From Pseudomonadota bacterium (GTDB lineage Bacteria > Bdellovibrionota_B > Oligoflexia > Oligoflexales > CAIYRB01), in assembly GCA_026390445.1 (NCBI GenBank), contig JAPLFX010000033.1, positions 5,731 through 69,730 of the forward strand: 64,000 nucleotides of DNA. The letters are read 5' to 3'. Below, one piece after another: positions 63,856 to 64,000 of the stretch (position 1 is the stretch's first letter; each line of letters begins with the position of its first letter). A model generated the notes under the pieces. The model searched no databases, had not been told where the DNA came from, and saw only the letters and a list, made by a program, of their open reading frames with translations. The translations under genes and the position numbers were made by a program.

Positions 63856-64000
63856 GTGGGTTTATTTAGCAAGTTTAAAGATTTCCGGCAGCAGCGCGAC
63901 GACAAAAAGATCGCCAAGGCGCTGGCGACCATCAAGAATCCAAAGGCCATCAAAGAAGACCGCCAGGGTGCGATCGAGTACTTTAAAGACCTTGGCGACG
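63856..64000 (+). CDS. Hypothetical protein, 5' fragment (runs off the right edge)
   Basis: My translation from GTG 63856 (GAGGGA upstream) reads VGLFSKFKDFRQQRDDKKIAKALATIKNPKAIKEDRQGAIEYFKDLGD, open to the window end. It is not in the ORF track. Confidence 0.4.
   Translation, partial: MGLFSKFKDFRQQRDDKKIAKALATIKNPKAIKEDRQGAIEYFKDLGD

Noticed and set aside
63711-63953. 80-aa minus-strand ORF upstream of glmU
   Set aside because: It has no RBS or motif. It overlaps a + strand frame with a GAGGGA-GTG start that stays open to the window edge. I consider the + frame more likely, with low confidence.
1-64000. Mobile elements, prophage or defence islands, CRISPR arrays, tRNA/rRNA genes
   Set aside because: I saw no transposase, integrase, recombinase or Cas-like translations, no spaced direct-repeat arrays, and no cloverleaf-like segments in the intergenic regions I read. 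Small ncRNAs cannot be excluded by eye.

Overview
Dense 64-kb chromosomal window from a Gram-negative, flagellated bacterium. Spot counts of single 60-nt lines give about 58% GC in most genes. All calls come from reading the supplied translations, plus my own translation of both window edges, and from motif recognition; no searches were run.

Most of the window is housekeeping:
- acpP-rpiB-glyA-nrdR, then a riboflavin/nusB block (ribE, ribBA-like, ribH, nusB)
- an SDR, a histidine kinase/OmpR pair, dapF, an acyltransferase and cysQ
- LPS core genes (GT9 heptosyltransferase, waaA-like) and rng
- an M1 aminopeptidase
- rplU-rpmA-obg-nadD-rsfS-rlmH
- BtpA-family and ComF-family genes, mutS, a DksA-like gene, ftsB-like, uvrD/pcrA, glmS and a short glmU

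I found no rRNA, tRNA, CRISPR array, transposase or integrase.

Regions worth a second look:
1. A fliK-flgD operon behind a sigma-54-type promoter runs with overlapping stop/start codons into five uncharacterised secreted proteins. These are a tandem 6-Cys lipoprotein, two paralogous small proteins flanking an HEXXH lipoprotein, and one more exported protein.
2. A left-edge cassette encodes a PqqD-like small protein, an ATP-grasp ligase, a PLP decarboxylase and a polytopic membrane M23 peptidase. The M23 ORF is missing from the supplied track because it runs off the window.
3. A tightly packed 5-gene envelope operon is followed on the same strand by a solute-binding protein, a PilZ protein and CysQ.
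4. Two near-consensus sigma-28 (FliA) promoters sit in front of unexpected genes.
5. Smaller oddities: a DksA with a histone-H1-like tail and a 2-Cys finger, a RibBX-type degenerate GTP cyclohydrolase II domain, a truncated GlmU, and an AT-richer orphan bacteriophytochrome.
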